From a virus (Duplodnaviria; Caudoviricetes): DNA of 64,000 nt. The stretch covers positions 274,511 through 338,510 of the IMG/VR virus record IMGVR_UViG_3300046786_000293, one strand, 5' to 3'. Positions within the stretch are counted from its first letter, which is position 1; every line of letters starts with the position of its first letter. The position numbers were made by a program, and so were the translations under genes. The notes beneath the pieces are model-generated. The model saw only the letters and a list, made by a program, of their open reading frames with translations, was not told where the DNA came from and made no database searches. Positions 1-8,725 of this stretch are shown one piece after another.

Positions 1-8
1 AATGGACT

Positions 9-998
9 TCATTTTGGATAACTGGCGCTTAAAATATCACCAATCGCTGTGGCGTTCTCGCTCAACTTAGTAAGCTCGTACTTGCCGCAGAACTTAAGAA
101 ACTGAGCACCCACCATGGGTCGATTCAAACGTTTTGCACCGTTAGAAATAGTTTCTGCAATCTTAACTTTAATGTCATCAGGTTGTGCAGAAAGATCAAT
201 CAACGTTTTATTGCGATAGTAGTCATCAAGCACTTTGTGCTCGATACCATTGTGGTCGGTCCAAGTCTGCAACATCATGTTGTTCCACGAGAACCCCTTC
301 TTGTCCATGTCTGCAAACGCTTCAATCAAACCAACTTTGTTCTTAGAGCCTTTAGTGCGAACACCTGGATAGGCACTGAACACATTGTCGGTGGAATCTC
401 CACGCATACATTTTTCAAATAGAATAAACTTAGGGTCAGGGATTTTCTTAGGCTCTTTGGTCTTCTTATCAATAACAGGTTTACCTTTTTTGTCAAAGAT
501 TCCTTGCAAGGTGTGAAGTTCGTCTGCAACACCATTGTACTGATTTACATTGTCGGCTAGCAATTGATGGAAGTCGGTGTCTGAACTTACAATGGTATGG
601 TGATCCTCAGGGTGACTTTGGATCCATCCTGCCACCAAGTCATCTGCTTCCAAGTTTTCGTGCCGGAGAACAGTACAATTGGTGCGTTCGGATAGGAATG
701 TTTTAAGTTCGTCAAATGCTTCCCAGAAGAGTTTATCTTCTTCGGCTTCTGCTTCGGTGAGCGCCGCCCGGGCAACTGCTCTGTTCTTTTTGTAGGGCTC
801 ATAGTAATCCTTGCGCCATGAGCGACCTTCGAGACAGAACACAACGTGGTCGGCCTTTTGTTCGCGCCACGCTTTGTTTACGCTGGCTAGGGTGACATGA
901 ATCGCAAAACCTAGTTTATCCCACGTATCGCTTTGGCGATGGGCACTATGTCTTGCACGAAAGAAAGTATTGGCTGTATCAACGATTAAGTAACGCAT
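9..998 (-). CDS. rnh: RNase H / 5'-3' flap exonuclease (T4 rnh-like)
   Basis: N-terminal LIVDTANTFFRA, EADDLVA, IVSSDTDF and GDSTDNV acidic motifs of the FEN/5'-nuclease family. Confidence 0.9.
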   Translation of the reverse strand: MRYLIVDTANTFFRARHSAHRQSDTWDKLGFAIHVTLASVNKAWREQKADHVVFCLEGRSWRKDYYEPYKKNRAVARAALTEAEAEEDKLFWEAFDELKTFLSERTNCTVLRHENLEADDLVAGWIQSHPEDHHTIVSSDTDFHQLLADNVNQYNGVADELHTLQGIFDKKGKPVIDKKTKEPKKIPDPKFILFEKCMRGDSTDNVFSAYPGVRTKGSKNKVGLIEAFADMDKKGFSWNNMMLQTWTDHNGIEHKVLDDYYRNKTLIDLSAQPDDIKVKIAETISNGAKRLNRPMVGAQFLKFCGKYELTKLSENATAIGDILSASYPK

Positions 999-1004
999 AG
1001 AATA

Positions 1005-1033
1005 ATAATAGCATATTATCCATTAAGTGTCAA
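1005..1033 (-). promoter_or_regulatory. sigma70-type promoter upstream of rnh
   Basis: TTGACA (1033-1028), 17 nt spacer, TATTAT (1010-1005) preceded by TGn. Confidence 0.7.
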
Positions 1034-1684
1034 CACATCTTTAACTTTTGGTAAAATGAAGTTAGCCCAGCCTTTATGGGCATCTGCATCGTAGTGATGC
1101 CATTTTGGGTCTACCAAATTGTATCCATTATTTTTTAACCAAAAATAGTAAGTCATATTTTGGTTATAGGGATCGACATAGAAAGGCCCGTATTCTAGTT
1201 TTGATCCGTATTTGTTTTCATCGTAGGCAAGTCTGTACATAAACCAACTAAAACAATTAAAAAACAAATGTGGAATATTCTGACTTAGTAGCTCTATATG
1301 AAAATTCCAGATTTTGTTGTAATTTTCATTTTCTTTTTGACGCTGGTTTTCTTTATCGGCATATTTGATAACCCATTCTTTGTATCTAGTTTTTAGTTCG
1401 TTAGGTACTTCATCTGCGCCGCTAGCAGTTACATGATAACTTTCACCGTTGTAAATCCATTCTTCTCGTTCCCAAGTCGACCACCCGATGATAATAAAGT
1501 CTGGGCGTGTGTGTTGTAGATATTCTCGTGTTCGACGTATGATTCTATCATTACCTACAGCAGGTTCAGCATCGCATACAAATTCCCAACCTAACGCATT
1601 TGCTACATGTCGGCCGTAACTATATTCGGGACCACCCGCATCATGCCCACAACTGTGACTATCACCGTTAACGTAGAGTATCAT
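1016..1684 (-). CDS. SGNH/GDSL hydrolase-like protein
   Basis: NGDSHS near the N-terminus, a GN block and C-terminal HYDADAH. Confidence 0.5.
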   Translation of the reverse strand: MILYVNGDSHSCGHDAGGPEYSYGRHVANALGWEFVCDAEPAVGNDRIIRRTREYLQHTRPDFIIIGWSTWEREEWIYNGESYHVTASGADEVPNELKTRYKEWVIKYADKENQRQKENENYNKIWNFHIELLSQNIPHLFFNCFSWFMYRLAYDENKYGSKLEYGPFYVDPYNQNMTYYFWLKNNGYNLVDPKWHHYDADAHKGWANFILPKVKDVLTLNG

Positions 1685-1926
1685 TCTTTGTATGCTGGAT
1701 TAGGAACTTCTAGTTCAAATATATGATATAAATTAGTAACACCACCAGAGTTATTTGATTGATCTGACAGTATACACATGGTTCTGCCGTACTCAGCTTC
1801 TGTTTGAGTAAGATAAAATCCTAATCCCATACCAGTGGTACTACTACCAGTGGTACTAAACGCTAACCCTGCTTGTCTTAGTAGACAATAGACTTTAATT
1901 AGCTTGGGCTGTGATAAGGATTGCAT
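1681..1926 (-). CDS. hypothetical protein
   Basis: 81 aa ORF tightly packed between neighbouring genes. Confidence 0.6.
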   Translation of the reverse strand: MQSLSQPKLIKVYCLLRQAGLAFSTTGSSTTGMGLGFYLTQTEAEYGRTMCILSDQSNNSGGVTNLYHIFELEVPNPAYKE

Positions 1927-2399
1927 TAGCTTACCTCTGTGCGTCCGCCACCAATATCTCTACGTTGTACTCCAGTAGGCGGCCTAGGATTGTTTGCTTC
2001 TACTTGTTCGTAAGTTTCTAGTACAACATTACGACAAACATCTTGGAACCATTGATCCACAATTTGTTGATCATCGCGACCTTTGTAGCCAGCACGAACA
2101 AGTTTAGCAACAAAGAATTCATTCCAATCTAATTCAAATGCACCTTGCCCGATGTTTTCTGGATCTAGCTCTACGCTGATAATATTAACCCACGGCTCAC
2201 CTTTTTCCGTAGCAAGTTGCTTTGCGGTCTTTTTGGGTTTTGCTTCTTTGGGTTTCTTTACCTTAGGTACATCGGGTGTTTTCTTTGGATCTGGCAATCC
2301 ACGATCCACCGGAATAACTTCTCCTGATGCTTTAATAGCGTCAACTAATTTATCAACGTTAGATTCTTTCTTGCCAAATAGTTTATCAATTAATCCCAT
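1926..2399 (-). CDS. hypothetical phage protein
   Basis: Start moved to MGLIDKLFG (ATG at 2399) after RBS AAGGAAA; the longer ORF overlaps queE. Confidence 0.7.
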   Translation of the reverse strand: MGLIDKLFGKKESNVDKLVDAIKASGEVIPVDRGLPDPKKTPDVPKVKKPKEAKPKKTAKQLATEKGEPWVNIISVELDPENIGQGAFELDWNEFFVAKLVRAGYKGRDDQQIVDQWFQDVCRNVVLETYEQVEANNPRPPTGVQRRDIGGGRTEVS

Positions 2400-2409
2400 A
2401 TAGTTTCCT

Positions 2410-3276
2410 TTATTTGCCCCAACCATTGCCCCAAAGGTCAACGTGTAAGCGAGGACTGTAGTAGTATCCTCGACTACATGCCCAGTCTGCAACTCGCACA
2501 CGGTTTGCCGCATAAGGAGTGACAACACCACCTTGTGGCATAACGTATACAACACCAGTAAATCCGCCTGCTCTAAATTCTTTTACAGCACGCTCTACTT
2601 CTGCAAAGTGTTCTTCTGTTTCTACAACAAACTTAAGATAAACGGTGCCTAGATTTTGATAACTGGCCACAATATCAGGACAAATTGCTTCCTCCCACTT
2701 TTCGCCGCTTGCACTTAGTTTGGCACTTACACTGAATGTGACTTCTCTCTTAAAGTCTATACCAGGCAGTTGCCACAGTAATAGATATTCTGCAAATTTA
2801 TCTTGCAGACGTTGTGTGCCGTTTGTTTCAAATGTGATATTACGAAGATCCTGCATACCTTCGCGACTTAGCAATTCTTCGTAAGCACGTTGCCAACCCA
2901 GTAGCGGCTCACCGCCTGTAATAACAAGATGTACATCGTTACCGTTGTCTTGCACCCACTTGTGATTGGGTGTTAGTGCAAGCATTTTGTCTACTAGTTC
3001 TTTAGTATCATAATTTGGGCTTAGTTCTTTGAATGCGGGGTGCCAGGATGCATAGCTATCACAGCCGGTGTTGACAAGAGGCAGCTCTTCAAATGTTTTA
3101 TAAAGGTGTATGTTCTTTGCCACCTCGTCGGCTTCTTTGCTCTTACTACCAGGAGCGCAGCCAAAGCCTGCACACGTAAAGTTGCATCCAAACGTTCGAA
3201 GGAAAACGCTAGGAACACCAACAAAACGACCTTCGCCCTGTGCAGAGTAGAATAGTTCACTTACTTTAATCTTCAT
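2410..3276 (-). CDS. queE: 7-carboxy-7-deazaguanine synthase (radical SAM)
   Basis: ELFYSAQGEG, VFLRTFGCNFTC, CDS, VITGGEPLL, ETNGT, SAKL, KFVV, YVMPQ, RLHVDLWG. Confidence 0.92.
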   Translation of the reverse strand: MKIKVSELFYSAQGEGRFVGVPSVFLRTFGCNFTCAGFGCAPGSKSKEADEVAKNIHLYKTFEELPLVNTGCDSYASWHPAFKELSPNYDTKELVDKMLALTPNHKWVQDNGNDVHLVITGGEPLLGWQRAYEELLSREGMQDLRNITFETNGTQRLQDKFAEYLLLWQLPGIDFKREVTFSVSAKLSASGEKWEEAICPDIVASYQNLGTVYLKFVVETEEHFAEVERAVKEFRAGGFTGVVYVMPQGGVVTPYAANRVRVADWACSRGYYYSPRLHVDLWGNGWGK

Positions 3277-3541
3277 ATATTTTTGACCAGAGTCTTAATT
3301 TATCTTTTTTGGCTTGTTTTGCTTGTTCAAGCCTTTCCCATGATAATACATTCTGTTCTACTAGAATGTCAATCATAGCCAATACATCACCTATTTCATT
3401 TTCTAGCATCGTTGAATGAGTCAACCCTGTTTTATAGTGTTGACTATCAACACCAAACCTGCGACATTTACTAACTTCAACGATAACTTCAGCACATTCT
3501 TCTTGAAGAATGTCTAGTGTTTCTTGGATTTTTGGATTCAT
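3266..3541 (-). CDS. mazG: MazG-like NTP pyrophosphohydrolase
   Basis: LQEECAEVI...ENEIGDVL acidic helical motif. Confidence 0.75.
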   Translation of the reverse strand: MNPKIQETLDILQEECAEVIVEVSKCRRFGVDSQHYKTGLTHSTMLENEIGDVLAMIDILVEQNVLSWERLEQAKQAKKDKLRLWSKIYED

Positions 3542-3726
3542 GTAGTCTTTTCAATTCTTACCATTTTAAAGCAAACCCAACCATCGGGAGTCTTAACCAT
3601 GGTACCACCCAATACTTCGCACTGATTGACTCGATCATCAAAACGAGCAAGCGCAAAGCCTGCGGCAATAATTGTAAGGGCCAAGAGTCCAAACATAATT
3701 TTTTCAAATAAACCTAAATTAGTCAT
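3538..3726 (-). CDS. small membrane-anchored hypothetical protein
   Basis: One hydrophobic segment followed by a Cys pair; packed in the operon. Confidence 0.55.
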   Translation of the reverse strand: MTNLGLFEKIMFGLLALTIIAAGFALARFDDRVNQCEVLGGTMVKTPDGWVCFKMVRIEKTT

Positions 3727-3729
3727 AGC

Positions 3730-3921
3730 TCACCAATGTCGAATAACACCTGCAATGATAAAACAGTTTGTTATAATGTATGATAGCACAATGGCAGTAC
3801 GAATGCAAGCAATACGGTCTGCTTCCGAATCCGTACTGCCTGCTTTTTCTCCAAGGGCTTTCGCCCAAAGTCTCCAAATTTTAGTTGCTACTTTGAACAA
3901 TGTTTTCGTTCTCGTCGACAT
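3730..3921 (-). CDS. small membrane hypothetical protein
   Basis: 63 aa with a C-terminal hydrophobic helix. Confidence 0.55.
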   Translation of the reverse strand: MSTRTKTLFKVATKIWRLWAKALGEKAGSTDSEADRIACIRTAIVLSYIITNCFIIAGVIRHW

Positions 3922-4522
3922 TAACTTTCTTTTGCAAGAAATTTAGCAACACACCATATGCGGGCAGAATAACAATCAGGCTAACAATAATTTTGCTAAT
4001 GCTATTGTTGGTAGCAACAGTAAACCAATTAGCAGCCATAAATTCATTTGCACCTTTGTAGAATGCTGTGAAGAAGAAGGTGTATGTGTCGATGAACGTG
4101 CTTACGATACTACTTAGAGTAGGAGCAATCCACCAGCTATTATACTTCTCTCGAAAATATTGGAATACATAGACATCTAACAAGTTAGAAACAAAGTATG
4201 CCATACCCGATCCAAGACCAATTCGGAATGCGACGCTATCAGGTGCTCCGCCCAATTTGACTACTGCCATACTAACTAATATGGCAGGAATAAATGCTAA
4301 CGCAATAACTGCACGGCCTGTTTGTTTACCTAGCAATCGAACAGTCAGGTCTGTTAAAACAACAACTAACGGAAAGGTAAATGCCGCTACTGCTAGAGGA
4401 TTTCCAAAAACGTCAATTTTAAATTGAACAACATAGTTACTAATAGCAATAATGATGATATGAGCTAACATCAACTTATACGCTAATGCACGGTCTACGC
4501 CGGCTAAAATTTTGTCAAACAT
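3881..4522 (-). CDS. yhhQ: queuosine-precursor (preQ0/preQ1) transporter, VUT/YhhQ family
   Basis: ISNYVVQ, AAFTFP, LTDLTVR, SNLLDVYVFQ, SIVSTFIDTYTFF; multiple TM helices; located in the que cluster. Confidence 0.88.
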   Translation of the reverse strand: MFDKILAGVDRALAYKLMLAHIIIIAISNYVVQFKIDVFGNPLAVAAFTFPLVVVLTDLTVRLLGKQTGRAVIALAFIPAILVSMAVVKLGGAPDSVAFRIGLGSGMAYFVSNLLDVYVFQYFREKYNSWWIAPTLSSIVSTFIDTYTFFFTAFYKGANEFMAANWFTVATNNSISKIIVSLIVILPAYGVLLNFLQKKVNVDENENIVQSSN

Positions 4523-4533
4523 ATTTTTACTCC

Positions 4534-4866
4534 TTAGTGATTACGTTTGCCGTCAAACACACATACAAAATACAATGTATGAGAATTTGACTTATTATGA
4601 ACACGATGGAACACACCGTCTTCAATTAGGACAACGTCGCCTCCTTGAACGGCCAAACGCTTGTCATCTAATTCCATTTCGCCAACGCCAGAAATAAAAT
4701 AATATACTTCTTCTTGTCCGGCATGGCTATGTCCTCTTGTACTTTGTCCAGGTTTTAAATCTGTTGAACTTAGTACAAGATTCTTTAGTGTTTTGTTGTC
4801 TTTAAGAACATAAGTTTCATTGTCTTTAACAATGTCACCACCTATATCATATATGCTATATTTCAT
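4534..4866 (-). CDS. cupin domain protein
   Basis: GHSHAGQEEVYYFISGVG and IEDGVFHRVHN cupin motifs 1 and 2. Confidence 0.85.
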   Translation of the reverse strand: MKYSIYDIGGDIVKDNETYVLKDNKTLKNLVLSSTDLKPGQSTRGHSHAGQEEVYYFISGVGEMELDDKRLAVQGGDVVLIEDGVFHRVHNKSNSHTLYFVCVFDGKRNH

Positions 4867-4872
4867 AATAAT

Positions 4873-5526
4873 TTAAAATTCTAAAACAAAATGTGAAGTT
4901 TTTCTATAAACAGTACGTTTTGCCTTTAAACTCATGTTATCAAATAATTCGTCGTCGATTATTCTACAATGCATTTTTTCTGCGTCAGGCCATCCGCTTC
5001 CAATTGCTATAGGATGCATACCTGGATGATTCGCAATACACATTAGTCCACTAAATTGTTTACAGATATTATCCCACACAGGCTCGAATTCTTCTTCGAG
5101 TATATGTTCAATTGATTCTACCATGAGAACTGTGTCAAATTTTGAAAAATCTGCTACAAAATTTTTAACATTGGTTTCTATGACCTTTGGCGGAATAAAC
5201 TCGTCTCCAAAGAACTGTTTACCAGTTCGATCAAACCAATTCTGAATGTTGATTGCTATATCCACCGCAGTAACAGGAATACCTAATTTGGATAAAACAC
5301 ATGATATTTCTCCTCTGCCAGGCCCTATTTCCAATACATGGTTGGGAGTTCTAGTTTTATAATTATTTAAAAATTGCAACTGATCTTCAAGTGTATTACA
5401 CTCGATTAAATCATAAATGCCAAATGCATAACACAAGGCCGGAAACTGATCATTCGACCTTAACATTTTTTTATTCCAATTATCTAAATCAGAATAAAAA
5501 TACCCTTCTTGGTATGCAAAACTCAT
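4873..5526 (-). CDS. class I SAM-dependent methyltransferase
   Basis: VLEIGPGRG motif I, VTAVDIA, ESIEHI; ATGA overlap with the queD stop. Confidence 0.8.
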   Translation of the reverse strand: MSFAYQEGYFYSDLDNWNKKMLRSNDQFPALCYAFGIYDLIECNTLEDQLQFLNNYKTRTPNHVLEIGPGRGEISCVLSKLGIPVTAVDIAINIQNWFDRTGKQFFGDEFIPPKVIETNVKNFVADFSKFDTVLMVESIEHILEEEFEPVWDNICKQFSGLMCIANHPGMHPIAIGSGWPDAEKMHCRIIDDELFDNMSLKAKRTVYRKTSHFVLEF

Positions 5527-6026
5527 GCAAATAAATCCTCGTTCCATTCACGATGACCTTCACGGAATGCCATATTGCTTTGTGTTTCACGCACCTCTAC
5601 ACGATAGCACCATAGTCGTTGTGCTTCTCCTGGCCCCCACAGGTCAGGTATATAAACACCATTGACATACTTGTAAAGCATGTCGGCCAGGCCTTCGCAA
5701 CCCAGTCTCGGTAAGACTACAACCTTGGCCATTTTCTTGGCTTCTAGTAGTTTGTATGTTTCCATTTCAGGATCATCTTGTGCCACAATCAACGTGTGGT
5801 CGAACATATCCTCTAATAACTTCTTCAAGTCTTTCAATCCACCGTAGTCAGCGGCCCAGTTGCGTACATCTAGGTCATTAGTACCAAAGTAAAACTTCAT
5901 TGAAAAACTGTAGCCATGAATTAAGTTACAGTGACTATCGGCACGCCATTGACGATACGCACAGGGAAATGCGTCGTGATATTCTTTGGTGCTTGTGTAT
6001 TTGTAGGTAATTGTTTGATTTGCCAT
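5523..6026 (-). CDS. queD: 6-carboxy-tetrahydropterin synthase (QueD/PTPS), variant active site
   Basis: HCNLIHGY, DYGGLKDLK, FDHTLIV, EGLAD, VEVRET; T-fold signature. Confidence 0.85.
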   Translation of the reverse strand: MANQTITYKYTSTKEYHDAFPCAYRQWRADSHCNLIHGYSFSMKFYFGTNDLDVRNWAADYGGLKDLKKLLEDMFDHTLIVAQDDPEMETYKLLEAKKMAKVVVLPRLGCEGLADMLYKYVNGVYIPDLWGPGEAQRLWCYRVEVRETQSNMAFREGHREWNEDLFA

Positions 6027-6065
6027 CTCTAGTCTCCTTTATGTTAGGTAGCAAGTTTGATGGTA

Positions 6066-6103
6066 TGCAGAATCTTTATAGAGGGATGAATGCCAAGTCC
6101 TCT
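6066..6103 (-). ncRNA. candidate preQ1-I-like riboswitch aptamer in the queD leader
   Basis: AGAGG / 14-nt loop ending CAUC / CCUCU stem, then an AUAAA tail and possible loop-tail pairing (GCA/UGC); directly upstream of the queD RBS. Confidence 0.5.
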
Positions 6104-6111
6104 TGAGTAAG

Positions 6112-6117
6112 TATTTA
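6112..6117 (-). promoter_or_regulatory. late-promoter-like TAAATA box
   Basis: AATAAATA overlapping the PRTase stop codon, just 5' of the candidate riboswitch. Confidence 0.5.
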
Positions 6118-6624
6118 TTCCCACCAACGCTCGTAGGGAAAAACAATCCATTCTTTTTTGCTTTTAGTAATCTCTTCGCCACTAAAGTCTATGGTAACGT
6201 GGGACTTACTGCTAACGTTATCGTATACTACTGCAAATTTTACATTATGATTCCAAACATCTTTCCAACTTGGATCCTTGGGTAAACAACTAGATTGCCA
6301 ATCTTCGATAAGCCAATTAATTGTTTTACCTGTATCATTGATGTCGTCGACAATGAGAATCTTTTTGCGAGCAGTTACCTCAGGCTTGCCGTATTCGTAG
6401 CCAAATGCATCTTCAGCCATCCACAAATTACTTTCGTTAGTTTCGGGCTTGCTGGTTACATGTAGTGCATACATAGGAATATCAAAATAGTGACTAATCA
6501 TAACTGCGGGAATAAGACCACCGCGAGTTAGTCCTACAATATAATCGGGGCGCCAATTACTAATAGCAATGCTTCGACAAATTTTAGCGACCCGGCTATT
6601 ATATTCTTTATTAGTAAGATCCAT
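6115..6624 (-). CDS. type I phosphoribosyltransferase (xanthine/guanine PRT-like)
   Basis: VGLTRGGLIPA and ILIVDDINDTGKT PRPP-binding loop; WIVFPYE. Confidence 0.88.
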   Translation of the reverse strand: MDLTNKEYNSRVAKICRSIAISNWRPDYIVGLTRGGLIPAVMISHYFDIPMYALHVTSKPETNESNLWMAEDAFGYEYGKPEVTARKKILIVDDINDTGKTINWLIEDWQSSCLPKDPSWKDVWNHNVKFAVVYDNVSSKSHVTIDFSGEEITKSKKEWIVFPYERWWE

Positions 6625-6949
6625 GTTGTTCTCGTTCCATTTGTTCTTTAAGATTATGATTAGTGATTATATTACTAAACTTAAGTATAAACATACTAGC
6701 AATACTAGCATCTTCACCATTGAAATGCAATCTACTGCCGCCGAGGCCATTTTGATGATGATGACACCATTTACCTTTGCCGTATGATACGTAAGGTACA
6801 TTATTTTCTTTGCCCCGGCTATTCCAAAAGTGTTCGACTTTTTTATTGCCGCCAATTTGGTCGTACCATTCAACAACTTCGTCGTTGAGTTCTTCTATGT
6901 CTATCCAAATTGGATAAACTACTCGACACCCTGGGGGTAGTGCTATCAT
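6611..6949 (-). CDS. hypothetical protein
   Basis: 112 aa ORF packed in the operon. Confidence 0.65.
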   Translation of the reverse strand: MIALPPGCRVVYPIWIDIEELNDEVVEWYDQIGGNKKVEHFWNSRGKENNVPYVSYGKGKWCHHHQNGLGGSRLHFNGEDASIASMFILKFSNIITNHNLKEQMEREQHGSY

Positions 6950-7395
6950 TTTGCCCTTTCAGACAAATATTGTTCCCACTGTACCCATTGTCCTTTGCGT
7001 AGGAATCCCCATTCGCGTTGTTTTGCTCCGGGCATAAACAATGTCCAACAAGTTACATCAGGATCAAGTTCGATACGATGATAACTGTTTGCACTACAAA
7101 TACGAAAGTGTCCGGGGCCACGCCAATGTTGAAATTCGGCAATCTTAACTCCTTGATTGTTAAACACAGGAGTCCATTCCCAATATCCGCCTTTAAGGAT
7201 AATAGTTGCATAGGGCCAAGGATGATCGTGCAAATCGTCGGGGTCGGACTTAAGAAATTTGTGTAGAAATATGTTAAATGGAAACCGTGTTCTGTCTTTG
7301 AGAAACACATAATAGCGTTCCAAGTAAGGTTCGTTGTTGACACGGTCCATAACAATACGTTTACGACCTAACTTTTCTAGCAATTTAAGAAACAT
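6946..7395 (-). CDS. cupin-fold (DSBH) phage protein
   Basis: LHDHPW...ILKGGYWE...YHRIEL metal-binding His pattern. Confidence 0.65.
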   Translation of the reverse strand: MFLKLLEKLGRKRIVMDRVNNEPYLERYYVFLKDRTRFPFNIFLHKFLKSDPDDLHDHPWPYATIILKGGYWEWTPVFNNQGVKIAEFQHWRGPGHFRICSANSYHRIELDPDVTCWTLFMPGAKQREWGFLRKGQWVQWEQYLSERAK

Positions 7396-7422
7396 AATAG
7401 TCCTTTAAAGTTTTGCACATAG

Positions 7423-7451
7423 ATTTTAGTTGAAATAACTTTATAAGTCAA
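7423..7451 (-). promoter_or_regulatory. sigma70-type promoter
   Basis: TTGACT, 17 nt spacer, TAAAAT upstream of 6946..7395. Confidence 0.6.
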
Positions 7452-8682
7452 TGCTTAAAGTTGGTTTGGTAAAATAGACATTTGTTCTATTGCTGTCGTT
7501 TACTGTGTAAACAAAACCCCATTTATTACCAATTCGAATCGGAAGTGTGATTTGTTTATTTGGTATTTGTGTATACGCTCTACGAGTCCAGCGGCCTTGC
7601 CCGCTTATTAACATTTGCGGACTAGTCCAAATATCAGGGATACCGTCGCCATTAAAATCTTGAATCATAGGCATGTAATCAATATCTATATTTGAATTAA
7701 AATCAGTTAAGTTAGTTTGATCTACAAAGTTAAAATTACCTTGATTAATTAAAATTTGTACTCGACCTTCGGCAGTCCATTGATTGTTTCTTGCTGACGC
7801 CCACGGTCTACTAAACACAACAATATCTTGTAGTCCGTCATTGTTCATGTCTGCTACTTTACATCTTACATCGTGACTAATTTCAGTAAGACCAGAATTA
7901 CCAACTTCATAGTGGGGTGGAGTTAATAAATGTTGTGCAACAGGCTTTAAATTTGAATTTAGTTCGAATACAGCAGTATCATTAAATGGCCATTGTCCGT
8001 TGGCAATATTTAAATCGGTAATGACTATCTGTTTGCGTCCGTCGTTTGCAAAATCTCCCACGCATACTCCCATACCATGCATCCAGAACAAACTATTGGC
8101 CCAGGTGTGGTCTTTAAATGTAAAGTTGCCGGAACCGTCGTTGATCCACATTTTGCCTTCTGCATCCACAACGTCTAAATTTCCATCACTATTAATATCG
8201 GCTACAGTTGCACTATGACTCCATGTATATTCTAATAATTGATGACTATGATATGTGCCTGGACGACTTAAAAATAGATGTGTAACAGTAAGTTGGTTTG
8301 AGATATCTACAAAACCTGGCAAAAATATATCGTCTATTCCGTCATTATTAAAATCTGCCACCAACGGTGTTGCTACACTAACTCTAGGTACACTGGGCCC
8401 GAGAATATCTGCCGTTACATCAGTGCCGCCACCATTTTCATTTAATTTAAAAATATTAACGGGCACAGTCCCGCCCATTTCAATCTGACTGCCTGTAACT
8501 AATACGTAAGTATTACTGTCATTTTTAAAATGGCCTTGCACTATTGCAACACCCATAAAATAATCTGTTTGAATGCCTTTAATAAATGTGGAATCAACAG
8601 TAGCAGAACTACTAGAACCTCCACCGCCTCCGCCACAAGCAGACAACAACAGGCTAAAAAGAAAGGGTATGACTAGTTTCAT
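7441..8682 (-). CDS. lipoprotein with FG-GAP/VCBS repeats (beta-propeller)
   Basis: Lipobox LLLSAC followed by a Gly/Ser linker; repeated ADFNNDGIDD, ADINSDGNLD, GDFANDGRKQ, ADMNNDGLQD, QDFNGDGIPD. Confidence 0.85.
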   Translation of the reverse strand: MKLVIPFLFSLLLSACGGGGGGSSSSATVDSTFIKGIQTDYFMGVAIVQGHFKNDSNTYVLVTGSQIEMGGTVPVNIFKLNENGGGTDVTADILGPSVPRVSVATPLVADFNNDGIDDIFLPGFVDISNQLTVTHLFLSRPGTYHSHQLLEYTWSHSATVADINSDGNLDVVDAEGKMWINDGSGNFTFKDHTWANSLFWMHGMGVCVGDFANDGRKQIVITDLNIANGQWPFNDTAVFELNSNLKPVAQHLLTPPHYEVGNSGLTEISHDVRCKVADMNNDGLQDIVVFSRPWASARNNQWTAEGRVQILINQGNFNFVDQTNLTDFNSNIDIDYMPMIQDFNGDGIPDIWTSPQMLISGQGRWTRRAYTQIPNKQITLPIRIGNKWGFVYTVNDSNRTNVYFTKPTLSIDL

Positions 8683-8688
8683 ACCCCA

Positions 8689-8717
8689 ATTATACAGCCA
8701 AAATGAATTTTTGTCTG
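8689..8717 (-). promoter_or_regulatory. possible sigma70-type promoter for the lipoprotein gene
   Basis: CAGACA, 17 nt spacer, TATAAT. Confidence 0.4.
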
Positions 8718-8725
8718 TTGTATTT

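Noticed and set aside
2400-2555. N-terminal extension of ORF 1926..2555
   Set aside because: It overlaps the 3' end of queE; a good RBS precedes the ATG at 2399.
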